Below, piece after piece: positions 32,244-41,333 of a stretch of DNA of 64,000 nucleotides. Each line of letters begins with the position of its first letter. Position 1 is the stretch's first letter. A program made the translations under genes and the position numbers. The stretch spans positions 1 through 64,000 of IMG/VR virus record IMGVR_UViG_3300042541_001760; one strand, given 5' to 3'. Below the pieces are notes generated by a model, which was not told the DNA's origin, did no database searches, and saw only the letters and a program-made list of their open reading frames with translations.

Positions 32244-33024
32244 AACTGCGTTTATAATATTTGCTCATTCAACAATACACACAATTGAAGATGTTGATGA
32301 TATGATATCTAATATTTCTTATTTCCACGATAATTGTGATTTTATGATTAATCATCCTACTTTAGACCATCCTAAAATTAGAATGCGTCATATGCCTGGC
32401 AACTTAAATCACTCTAATTTAATTTTTGGTGGTTTGATTGATTTGATTAAAAATATTACCGAAGACGAAATAAACTCATTTGACCATTTTTGTTTGGTTT
32501 CAGCTAACCAATATTTTATAAACGGAATTAACTTTGAAAAAGGGATTAACTATGTTCAATTTTTTAACACTGAAGATTGGTATTCCACATATAATGGAAA
32601 AGATTCAGATATATCGATAGTAGGGTTTCCATTGCAACAACCATATGGTCGTTGGGATGGTAAAAACTTATATTTAGAATACAACGTAGACTTGCCAATG
32701 GGCGCTAATTGGGAATGTATGACTGTAACAAAAGAAGTAATATTATTGGCTAAACAACATTTAGATAAATGCTTAGAGTACTACCCAAATGATGATATGA
32801 TGTCTATATTTTTACCTTATATGGTTTTATTAAGTAAACAGACATGGGAATTCCCTTCTCATTTTGGTACTTATGACCCATCAAACAAACCTAATTATAA
32901 TCGGATAATAACAATAAATCAAATTGTTGAAAAATACAATCAAGGTTACTTTTCAATTAAAAGAGTTAATTATCTTAAAAGTTGTGAATTAAAACAATTC
33001 ATTAGACAAAATTACATGAAATGA
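32233..33024 (+). CDS. Hypothetical protein, possibly GT14/core-2-like
   Basis: TAFIIFAH and HFCLVSANQYF; weak resemblance only. Confidence 0.45.
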   Translation: MKSRTAFIIFAHSTIHTIEDVDDMISNISYFHDNCDFMINHPTLDHPKIRMRHMPGNLNHSNLIFGGLIDLIKNITEDEINSFDHFCLVSANQYFINGINFEKGINYVQFFNTEDWYSTYNGKDSDISIVGFPLQQPYGRWDGKNLYLEYNVDLPMGANWECMTVTKEVILLAKQHLDKCLEYYPNDDMMSIFLPYMVLLSKQTWEFPSHFGTYDPSNKPNYNRIITINQIVEKYNQGYFSIKRVNYLKSCELKQFIRQNYMK

Positions 33025-33983
33025 AAACAATAACAATAAATTATTTATCACATAATAGATTAGATTATTCTAATTTAATGTTTTATTTTTTATCTAAAAT
33101 AAAATTAGAAAATAAAATAAAATTAAAACTTAACGTATTAGCAACTCATGAAAATAATTGGGATAATAAATGTAAAACATTAGGTATTGATTATGAGATA
33201 CATATTATAAATACATATCATAATTATTTAGATAAAATAAGAATTGCTATTTCGAGCAACACTGAATATTCAGTTAAATTAGATGAAGACTGTTTTACTA
33301 ATAACCACGTTTGGGATTATTTAATTGAAAATGTTGTTGAATTACAAAATAATGATGTTCTTACATTATCACCAGTAATGTCAAACAATATACCATCATG
33401 CGATTATTTTATTGAAGATTTCATAAGTGATGACTTAGTTAAAAATAATGTATATAATAATTTTTTAAATAGACCGATGCCAAATGGGTTATGGAGTGTT
33501 GATTATACCCCATTAAATAAATTCACAATTGATGCAACAGAATGGGACGCTAATAAATTTTATGAAGGGTTAAACTTTTTAAACACAAACACAAAAGGAA
33601 TACACCCACTTAGAATTTCATATGAGGCTCAAATAGAAATTAATAATTATATTTTAAACAATATTGATAAATTTATTTCTAATAATGAATTTAAATTATT
33701 TGAAATAAATTCACCGTATTTTACTAATAGTTTATTTTTTATTAAAACTTCTGAATGGGTTAATATATTATCACAACCAACAATTGATGCGTATGATGAA
33801 ATAGCATTAAATAAATACAAAAGGGATAACAATAAAAAGTTTTTATTTGTTAAAAATGGATTTGGTATCCACCCTATGTTTAATACCGTATTCGGTAATA
33901 ACAACCCTTGGGGTATTGGTATTGTGAATGGTGAACAATTAGAGCAAAATTTTTATACTGACTTAAAAAATAAAATAATATGA
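33021..33983 (+). CDS. Putative GT-A glycosyltransferase
   Basis: YSVKLDEDCF (DxD-like) after a YLDKI helix. Confidence 0.5.
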   Translation: MKTITINYLSHNRLDYSNLMFYFLSKIKLENKIKLKLNVLATHENNWDNKCKTLGIDYEIHIINTYHNYLDKIRIAISSNTEYSVKLDEDCFTNNHVWDYLIENVVELQNNDVLTLSPVMSNNIPSCDYFIEDFISDDLVKNNVYNNFLNRPMPNGLWSVDYTPLNKFTIDATEWDANKFYEGLNFLNTNTKGIHPLRISYEAQIEINNYILNNIDKFISNNEFKLFEINSPYFTNSLFFIKTSEWVNILSQPTIDAYDEIALNKYKRDNNKKFLFVKNGFGIHPMFNTVFGNNNPWGIGIVNGEQLEQNFYTDLKNKII

Positions 33984-34618
33984 TACATTGTGTAGGAGAT
34001 AGTCACTCATCGGTGTTTAGTGGCAATGAAGAAATGCAACCCATTTGGCCGGAACGATCAAATGATATAACACCATTTTTTAAAAGTTATCGAATAGGAC
34101 CAGCAACTGCTTACCAATTAGATAATAAAAAAGAAATAATCAACCAAATAATACCGTTAGTAACGGAAGGTGATAAATTATTATTTTGTTTTGGGGAGGT
34201 AGATATAAGAGCACATTTATTAAATCAATCAATTGGTCAAAACCGACCGATTGAAGACGTTGTTATTGAATGCTTAACCCGTTATGTGGAAGTCATTAAA
34301 CATTACAAAAATTTAGGAATTTCAGTCATTGTTTGGGGACCTATTGCGTCTTGGAACGATAGTAAGCCGTATTTAGGTGGTCCTAGTTTTGGTACGAACA
34401 TTGAACGTAATGAAATTACAAGGCTTTTTAACAACCATTTATTATCACAGGTAAAAGTTTACAATATACCATTCGTCACCATATTTCATGATATGTTAAA
34501 TGGTGACGGTACAACTAATGTTGAGTTACTTGATAATTGGCAAGATTGTCATATTCATTTAAATCAAAAGGCCATGCCATTAATAATTAATAGATTTAAA
34601 AATGAAGGGTTAATATGA
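33980..34618 (+). CDS. SGNH/GDSL-like hydrolase or acyltransferase
   Basis: GDSHS, FGEVDIR and DCHIHLN. Confidence 0.65.
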   Translation: MIHCVGDSHSSVFSGNEEMQPIWPERSNDITPFFKSYRIGPATAYQLDNKKEIINQIIPLVTEGDKLLFCFGEVDIRAHLLNQSIGQNRPIEDVVIECLTRYVEVIKHYKNLGISVIVWGPIASWNDSKPYLGGPSFGTNIERNEITRLFNNHLLSQVKVYNIPFVTIFHDMLNGDGTTNVELLDNWQDCHIHLNQKAMPLIINRFKNEGLI

Positions 34619-35055
34619 TATTAATATCCCATAGAGGTAACACTAATGGTAGGGCGGAATCATTAGAAAATAACCCATCATATGTTGATTTAGCTATTTA
34701 TAATGGGTATGATGTTGAAGTGGATGTTTGGTATCTTGAGGGGGTTTTATATTTAGGACATGATAAACCACAATATGTTACCGATATAAAATGGTTTAGT
34801 GATAGGTTGACTAAACTATGGATTCATTGTAAAAATATCGATTCAGTAAAGTACTTTAAAGAGAGTGGATATGAATTCAATTATTTTTGGCATCAGAGAG
34901 ATGACATAACTCTCACCTCTAAAAACTTTTTATGGACGTTTCCCGGTAAAAAACTAACGACCCTGTCAATTGCGGTATTACCTGAAACTGTGGACTCATG
35001 GGATATGACAGAATGTTTAGGTGTATGTTCGGATTACATTAAAAATTATATATAA
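34615..35055 (+). CDS. Short GDPD-like phosphodiesterase
   Basis: ISHRGN, VEVDVW, LGHD, WIHCKN and GVCSD. Confidence 0.7.
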   Translation: MILISHRGNTNGRAESLENNPSYVDLAIYNGYDVEVDVWYLEGVLYLGHDKPQYVTDIKWFSDRLTKLWIHCKNIDSVKYFKESGYEFNYFWHQRDDITLTSKNFLWTFPGKKLTTLSIAVLPETVDSWDMTECLGVCSDYIKNYI

Positions 35056-35119
35056 GTATGAAAAAACCACATCTAATAAATAAAATAATACGACAATAAG
35101 ATAACAAAATAATTATTAA

Positions 35120-35173
35120 ATGACATATGAAGAATTAACTAAAGTAATAAAAATAGTAAATAAAAATAAGTGA
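35120..35173 (+). other. 17-codon mini-ORF overlapping the GTG start of fcl
   Basis: MTYEELTKVIKIVNKNK with a GTGA overlap; a second 13-codon ORF lies at 35058-35099. Confidence 0.4.
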
Positions 35174-36072
35174 GAAAATTATTAGTAACGGGGAGTAATG
35201 GGTTAGTTGGGTCATCAATTATTTCTGACATAAAAATAGGTAGACAATACGATTTACGAAATGTTGGAGAATCGGATAAGTTGTTTGAACTACACAATCC
35301 CACCCACGTTATTCATTGTGCGGGTAAAGTAGGTGGTGTTGGTGGAAATATGAACTATAAAGGTGAATACTTTTATGATAACATAATGATTAATACAAAT
35401 GTTATTGAGTCAGCAAGAAAAACAAATGTTAAAAATTTAGTTTGTTTTTTGTCCACATGTGTATTCCCTGATAACGTAAATTACCCCCTAACTGAGGATA
35501 TGATACATTTAGGAGAGCCCCACTTTTCAAACTATCCTTATGCTTACGCTAAAAGAATGGCGGACATACAAATAAGAGCGTATAGGGAACAATATGGTCT
35601 TAACTATACATCAGTTATACCAACTAACATTTACGGACCTAATGATAACTTTTCGTTAGAACACGGTCATGTTATGCCAATGTTAATACATAAGTTATAT
35701 TTAGCACAAAAAAACAATACCGATTTTACGGTGTGGGGATCAGGAAAACCTCTAAGGGAATTTATATTTTCTAAAGATGTTGCTAAACTATCAGAATGGG
35801 CGGTTGAGAATTATAACGAATCTGAACCTATAATATTTAGTCCTTCGCAGGAAATATCTATAATTGATTTAGTTGATTTAATAGTTAAAGAATTTAACTT
35901 TAAAGGTAAGGTTATCTTTGACAATACAAAACCTGACGGTCAATTTAGAAAGCCGTCAGACAATAGTAAACTAAAATCTTATTTACCAGATTTTAAATTT
36001 ACACCAATAGAGGAAGGGATTAAAGAAACTGTTAATTGGTTTTTTAAAAATTATGAAAATGCAAGAAAATAA
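35170..36072 (+). CDS. fcl: GDP-L-fucose synthase
   Basis: GSNGLVG, HCAGKVGG, STCVFP, YAYAKR, PTNIYGPNDNF and WGSGKPLREF. Confidence 0.9.
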   Translation: MRKLLVTGSNGLVGSSIISDIKIGRQYDLRNVGESDKLFELHNPTHVIHCAGKVGGVGGNMNYKGEYFYDNIMINTNVIESARKTNVKNLVCFLSTCVFPDNVNYPLTEDMIHLGEPHFSNYPYAYAKRMADIQIRAYREQYGLNYTSVIPTNIYGPNDNFSLEHGHVMPMLIHKLYLAQKNNTDFTVWGSGKPLREFIFSKDVAKLSEWAVENYNESEPIIFSPSQEISIIDLVDLIVKEFNFKGKVIFDNTKPDGQFRKPSDNSKLKSYLPDFKFTPIEEGIKETVNWFFKNYENARK

Positions 36073-37045
36073 AATAGCGTTAATCACGGGAATAAATGGT
36101 CAAGACGGATCATACTTATCTGAATTTTTATTAGAAAAAGGTTATGAAGTTCATGGAACATTAAAAAGAAATTCCGTATCTGAAAATCAAACATCAAGAT
36201 TAAATAATGTTTATGATAAACTTATATTACATTATGCGGATTTAACTGATTTAGCGTCTCTAATTAGAGTGATACAAGAAGTTAAGCCTGATGAAATTTA
36301 TAATTTAGCGGCGCAGTCTCACGTTAGAATTTCCTTTGACCAGCCAATTTATACCACAAATGTAACAGGTCTTGGAACTCTTAATTTATTGGAAGCGGTT
36401 AAACTAATAAAACCCAACACAAAAATATATCAAGCATCCTCATCTGAAATGTTTGGTAATAATATTGACGAGGATGGATACCAAAGAGAAACAACCCCAA
36501 TGAGTCCGGTATCTCCATACGGATGTGCCAAAGTTTTCAGTTATAACATATCAAGAAACTATAGAAATTCTTATGGTATGTTTGTATCAAACGGAATTTT
36601 ATTTAATCACGAATCACCAAGACGAGGAACAAACTTTGTAACAAATAAAGTTTGTAAGGAAGCGGTTAAAATTAAATTAGGATTATCTGATGAATTGAAA
36701 TTGGGTAATCTTGATGCTACAAGAGATTGGGGTCACGCCAAAGATTATGTTAAAGCGATGTGGGAGATATTACAATTGGATGAACCAGATGACTTCGTAT
36801 GTTCAACAGGGGTATCACACTCTGTTAAAGATTTGTGTGAATATGTGTTCGGTAAATTAGAATTAAATTGGGTTGATTATGTAACTCAAGATGAAAAATT
36901 TTTAAGACCCGAAGAACTACGAGACTTAAAGGGTGACTCATCAAAATTAATTAATAAAACAGGATGGTCGCACGAGTACTCCTTTGAGACCATGTTAGAT
37001 GAAATGATTGACTATTGGCTTAATTATTATAAGATTACAGTATGA
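36059..37045 (+). CDS. gmd: GDP-mannose 4,6-dehydratase
   Basis: ITGINGQDGSYL, NLAAQSHV, QASSSE, SPYGCAK, FNHESPRRG and LGNLDATRDWGHAKDYV. Confidence 0.93.
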   Translation: MQENKIALITGINGQDGSYLSEFLLEKGYEVHGTLKRNSVSENQTSRLNNVYDKLILHYADLTDLASLIRVIQEVKPDEIYNLAAQSHVRISFDQPIYTTNVTGLGTLNLLEAVKLIKPNTKIYQASSSEMFGNNIDEDGYQRETTPMSPVSPYGCAKVFSYNISRNYRNSYGMFVSNGILFNHESPRRGTNFVTNKVCKEAVKIKLGLSDELKLGNLDATRDWGHAKDYVKAMWEILQLDEPDDFVCSTGVSHSVKDLCEYVFGKLELNWVDYVTQDEKFLRPEELRDLKGDSSKLINKTGWSHEYSFETMLDEMIDYWLNYYKITV

Positions 37046-37785
37046 CAAGAAAAAAAGTATCACCCACTCAGAAATCTCAAACGTCAGCTAGACCTGAGTC
37101 AAACGAGAGACGACTTTCAAAAAAAGAATTAATTAATTCTTTAATAACAAAAAAAATAAGAAATAAATTCCTAACCGAAAGTCAAAAAACCTATTATGAC
37201 CTACTGACCAATAATCAGATAGTTCTATGTTCAGGTCCGGCAGGTGTTGGTAAGAGTTACATATCAATGAAGGCGGCGGTTGATTTACTAATGGATCCCG
37301 AAAACTCATATGAGAAATTGGTAATTGTTCGTCCTGCAGTTGAGGCTGAAGAAAAATTGGGTTCTCTCCCCGGCAATGTTGAAGAGAAATTGGATCCATA
37401 TATTTTTCCATCTTATTATCTATTAAATAAAATTATTGGTAAAGAGGCTCGTGAGAAGTTAAAGGAGGCTGAAATTATTGAGGTATTCGCTCTTGCTTAT
37501 ATGAGAGGTATGAATATTGATAATACCATTTTGATTTTTGAGGAGGCCCAAAATGCCACCCCAAACCAAATGAAATTGTTATTAACAAGAATTGGTTATA
37601 ACTCTAAATTTTTCATATCAGGAGATTTGGAACAAACGGACAGATATAAAGACAAAAAACAATCCGGTCTTTGGGACGCTTTACAACGATTTAAAGGTGT
37701 TGATGATATTGGAGTATTTGAATTTGGTGACGAGGATGTTGTAAGAAATCCATTGATTACTAAACTCTTAAAAAGATACATATAA
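37042..37785 (+). CDS. phoH: PhoH-family ATPase
   Basis: GPAGVGKS, RPAVEAEEKLGSLPG, YMRG, EEAQN and GDLEQTD. Confidence 0.9.
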   Translation: MTRKKVSPTQKSQTSARPESNERRLSKKELINSLITKKIRNKFLTESQKTYYDLLTNNQIVLCSGPAGVGKSYISMKAAVDLLMDPENSYEKLVIVRPAVEAEEKLGSLPGNVEEKLDPYIFPSYYLLNKIIGKEAREKLKEAEIIEVFALAYMRGMNIDNTILIFEEAQNATPNQMKLLLTRIGYNSKFFISGDLEQTDRYKDKKQSGLWDALQRFKGVDDIGVFEFGDEDVVRNPLITKLLKRYI

Positions 37786-38444
37786 TGAGAGTCGGTATTG
37801 AGTTAAATGGTGTTTTGAGGGACACCATAAGCAAGATAACTCAGGTATATGAAAAACATATGGTTGAGGAGATGGCGGAAGAAATCATTAAGACCTATGA
37901 AACTACCGTAGATTCTGAGGATTATGTTGAGATGACTTTTGATGAGGTTGATTTTAAATACGAAATCAAAAGTCCGGTAACATCATTAAATTTAATGGAA
38001 CACTTTTCCTTTAAAGATAAGGACGAGTTATATAATTTTATGTATGAGGAATTCCCAATGCAAATATTTGGTCATGCCCCATCAACTGAATTGACATCAT
38101 TCTACGATTTAAACGACATTTACTACAGATTAAGAGACGATCATGACCTAATGATAGTATCTGATGAAATAGGTAGATCAAAACCGGCATCACTATTCTT
38201 TTTATCAAAGTTCGGATGTTTAATTGAAAAAGTTAAATTCTATAGTAATTCTACAATTAATTCAATGTGGGATGAAATTGATATTTTACTTACTTCCAAT
38301 CCTGACTTACTATTAAGTTATCCAGATAATAAGATTATCATAAAATACGAAACTGAATATAATAAACAAATTAATTCGGAATATTCTATAACCAAAATAA
38401 AGGAACTTGAGGATGTTTTGAATACCATTTTAAACCCTGAATAA
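37785..38444 (+). CDS. HAD/5'-nucleotidase-like protein with degenerate motif I
   Basis: RVGIELNGVLRD in place of DxDGVL. Confidence 0.55.
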   Translation: MRVGIELNGVLRDTISKITQVYEKHMVEEMAEEIIKTYETTVDSEDYVEMTFDEVDFKYEIKSPVTSLNLMEHFSFKDKDELYNFMYEEFPMQIFGHAPSTELTSFYDLNDIYYRLRDDHDLMIVSDEIGRSKPASLFFLSKFGCLIEKVKFYSNSTINSMWDEIDILLTSNPDLLLSYPDNKIIIKYETEYNKQINSEYSITKIKELEDVLNTILNPE

Positions 38445-38704
38445 TGCTAAAAGTACTTAACGAAAATTATTACCTTGATTTGGATGCTATTGAACAATAT
38501 ATCAATATCACCTCATTAACGGGAGGACCTGAAACACACATTAATGTTGTTAAATATGAGGTCGTAAAAACTATGCTTGAGGTTATTATGACCGAAGATG
38601 AAGAAGTTGATGAGGCTTTGGGTCAAAAATCAACGGGTTTAACAATCCCTTTTAAACTGGCATTTAACACGCTTTTAAATAAAAAACTAATAAATAAATA
38701 TTAA
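38444..38704 (+). CDS. Hypothetical protein
   Basis: 86-aa coupled ORF. Confidence 0.7.
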   Translation: MLKVLNENYYLDLDAIEQYINITSLTGGPETHINVVKYEVVKTMLEVIMTEDEEVDEALGQKSTGLTIPFKLAFNTLLNKKLINKY

Positions 38705-38705
38705 T

Positions 38706-39770
38706 ATGGACCAAGAAACATTAAAAAAATTAGAGAAATCTATCGAGAATCTTAAAGACAAGAGTGCTAGAATTTATTTCATTGTACAAGATACAAAAGG
38801 TAATGCTAAGGCATCTTTAAGTTACATTTACAGAATGGCTTTATCTTTAAAGCGTAACGGATTTAATCCAATTATGTTACAAGAAAAACCTGATTACACC
38901 GGAGTAGAATCTTGGTTGGGCGAAGAATTCATGACTGAGTTACCTCACAAAGCAATTGAGGGTCAGAATCTTGAAATTTCACCTGAAGATTTTATTGTTG
39001 TACCGGAACTTTATGGTTTCATTATGCCACAATTGGAGAAACTACCTTGTGCTAAAATTGTTTTATGTCAATCATATGATTATATGTTGGAGACATTACA
39101 ACCAGGTCAAACTTGGGCTCAATTAGGTTTCTTTAAGTGTATTACAACATCGGAATTACAAAAAGATTATATTAGTAACATCATGAAAGGTGTTACCTTT
39201 GATATAATTGAACCTGTTATTTCAGATAAATTTAGAAAACAAGAATTACCACCTAAACCAATCATTGCGATTCATACAAGAGACCATAGAGATACTTTAA
39301 CTCTGATTAAATCTTTCTACCTTAAATTCCCACAATACAGATGGGTTACATTCAGAGACCTTAGAGGATTGTCCGAACAAGAATTCGCAAACGCATTACA
39401 AGATTGTTTCTTGTCTGTTTGGATTGACCCTAATGGTGGATTTGGGACATTCCCATTGGAATCAATGAAGTCAGGAGTTCCTGTTATTGGTAAAATACCA
39501 AATCTATTCCCGCAATGGATGAATGAAGATAATGGTATTTGGATTAGAGAACACAATCAAATTGTTGATTTTGTTTCTGACTTTTTACAGAATTGGTTGG
39601 AGGATAATATTAACGAAGAATTATTCTCTGAGATTGAGAAAACATCATCTAACTATTCAGATTTTAGTAAGTTTGAATCTAGTGTTGTTGATACATTTGG
39701 TAAATATATGACCACTAGATTTGAGTCATTCACGGAACAATTAAATAAACTAGAAACAACGGAATCGTAA
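38706..39770 (+). CDS. GT-B fold glycosyltransferase-like protein
   Basis: FIVVPELYG and EFANALQDC...GFGTFPLESMKSGVPVIG (GT4-type C-terminal motif). Confidence 0.7.
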   Translation: MDQETLKKLEKSIENLKDKSARIYFIVQDTKGNAKASLSYIYRMALSLKRNGFNPIMLQEKPDYTGVESWLGEEFMTELPHKAIEGQNLEISPEDFIVVPELYGFIMPQLEKLPCAKIVLCQSYDYMLETLQPGQTWAQLGFFKCITTSELQKDYISNIMKGVTFDIIEPVISDKFRKQELPPKPIIAIHTRDHRDTLTLIKSFYLKFPQYRWVTFRDLRGLSEQEFANALQDCFLSVWIDPNGGFGTFPLESMKSGVPVIGKIPNLFPQWMNEDNGIWIREHNQIVDFVSDFLQNWLEDNINEELFSEIEKTSSNYSDFSKFESSVVDTFGKYMTTRFESFTEQLNKLETTES

Positions 39771-39771
39771 T

Positions 39772-40578
39772 ATGGAAAATTATATAAATCTATCGGTTAT
39801 TTTGCCGATCAAGTCAGCGGCGGTTAAAGATTTTGACGAATTGTTTGAAAAAGCAATTAACTCACTTAAGAATCAAAAATCATTATTTAACGAATTAATT
39901 ATTGTTCACACAGATGAAACTAAATTAGTTGATACTATTAACAGATTTGATTTCGGCGATTTAAATGTTAAGAAACTTTTATGGGATAAAGAACCAAGTT
40001 ACTCTAATCAGATTAATTTTGGTGTTGAGAACTCTTCATCTGAATGGGTTTCATTTTTTGAATTTGATGATGAATATTCAAGTATTTGGTTTAAAAATGT
40101 AAAATTATATTCGGAAGCGTATAAAGATGTTCAGGCTTTCTTACCAATTGTTGTTGATATTGACGATAAAGGGTTGTTCGCAGGATTCACAAATGAAGCA
40201 TCATTCGCGGCTAATTTCTCTAACGAAATTGGTTATCTGAATAACGAAACACTACAAAGTTATCAGAACTTCCAAAGTGCTGGAATGGTTATCAAGAAAA
40301 GTGTATTTGAGGAATATGGTAAATTTAAACCATCAATTAAATTAACTTTCGTATACGAATTCTTACTTAGAATGACTTATAATAATGTTAAGATTATGAC
40401 AATCCCTAGAATTGGTTATAAGCATTTAAATTTACGTGAAGGGTCTATTTTTTGGAACTACAAGAATGGATCTGAGGTTATGTCACCTGATGAGGTAAAG
40501 TTTTGGATTGAGTCTGCTAAGAAAGAATATTTTTTCACTATTGATAGAAACATAAAATATGAACCACAAACAGTTTAA
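39772..40578 (+). CDS. GT2-like glycosyltransferase
   Basis: LSVILPI, NFGVE, SFFEFDDEY and YEFLLRM. Confidence 0.7.
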   Translation: MENYINLSVILPIKSAAVKDFDELFEKAINSLKNQKSLFNELIIVHTDETKLVDTINRFDFGDLNVKKLLWDKEPSYSNQINFGVENSSSEWVSFFEFDDEYSSIWFKNVKLYSEAYKDVQAFLPIVVDIDDKGLFAGFTNEASFAANFSNEIGYLNNETLQSYQNFQSAGMVIKKSVFEEYGKFKPSIKLTFVYEFLLRMTYNNVKIMTIPRIGYKHLNLREGSIFWNYKNGSEVMSPDEVKFWIESAKKEYFFTIDRNIKYEPQTV

Positions 40579-41321
40579 TGACATTAAGTGGTTCCACGGA
40601 TATTGAGGTTAAAAGGAAAGGTAGAAAACCTAAAGCGGATAATTATTTTGATGTAAGGGAAGAGGTTGCGGTAAGATTATTCTTATCCGCAACAACTTCA
40701 GAAGAAAAAAACAAAATATATAATCAAAGTTTAAGGAAACCTCTCGACAAAATGATATCGTCAATAATAAGACGATATAAGTTATATCGGAAAGATATGG
40801 ATTTTATTGAGATCCACGCTGACACGCACTCGTTCTTAATGACCAAAATAGATAAGTTTAAACCATCAAAAGAAAAGAAAGCGTATTCGTATTTTGGTAC
40901 CATATGTAAAAATTATCTTATGGGTCAAATAATAAAAGACCAAAAAGAAACGAACAGAAAAATTTCATACGAGGATATATCATACGATTTGGAAAATAAC
41001 CTTAGACCCGACTTAATATATTATATTGATAATGATTCAATAGACACGGACGATATAATATCCTCTTACATTAGTGAATTACAAAAAATAATACATGAAG
41101 AAGGTTTAAACGAAAATGAGCGTAAATTAGGTGAATCTTTATGTGAAATTTTTGTTAATTACAAATCAATCTTCATAAGTACCGACAATAATAAGTTTAA
41201 TAAGAATATTATATTGTTATCATTAAGAGAAATGACCAACTTATCAACTAAAGAAATAAGGTCATGCATGAAAAAATACAAAAGAGTATATTTTGATTTA
41301 ATTCAAAATATGGTTAAGTAA
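40578..41321 (+). CDS. Divergent sigma factor, T4 gp55-like (candidate late sigma)
   Basis: KIDKFKPSKEKKAYSYFGTICKNYL resembles sigma region 2 of gp55-like proteins. Confidence 0.65.
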   Translation: MTLSGSTDIEVKRKGRKPKADNYFDVREEVAVRLFLSATTSEEKNKIYNQSLRKPLDKMISSIIRRYKLYRKDMDFIEIHADTHSFLMTKIDKFKPSKEKKAYSYFGTICKNYLMGQIIKDQKETNRKISYEDISYDLENNLRPDLIYYIDNDSIDTDDIISSYISELQKIIHEEGLNENERKLGESLCEIFVNYKSIFISTDNNKFNKNIILLSLREMTNLSTKEIRSCMKKYKRVYFDLIQNMVK

Positions 41322-41322
41322 A

Positions 41323-41329
41323 TATTTAT
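41323..41329 (+). promoter_or_regulatory. TATTTAT late-promoter-like motif
   Basis: 4 nt upstream of ATG 41334; one of 13 such sites upstream of gene starts. Confidence 0.55.
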
Positions 41330-41333
41330 AGGT

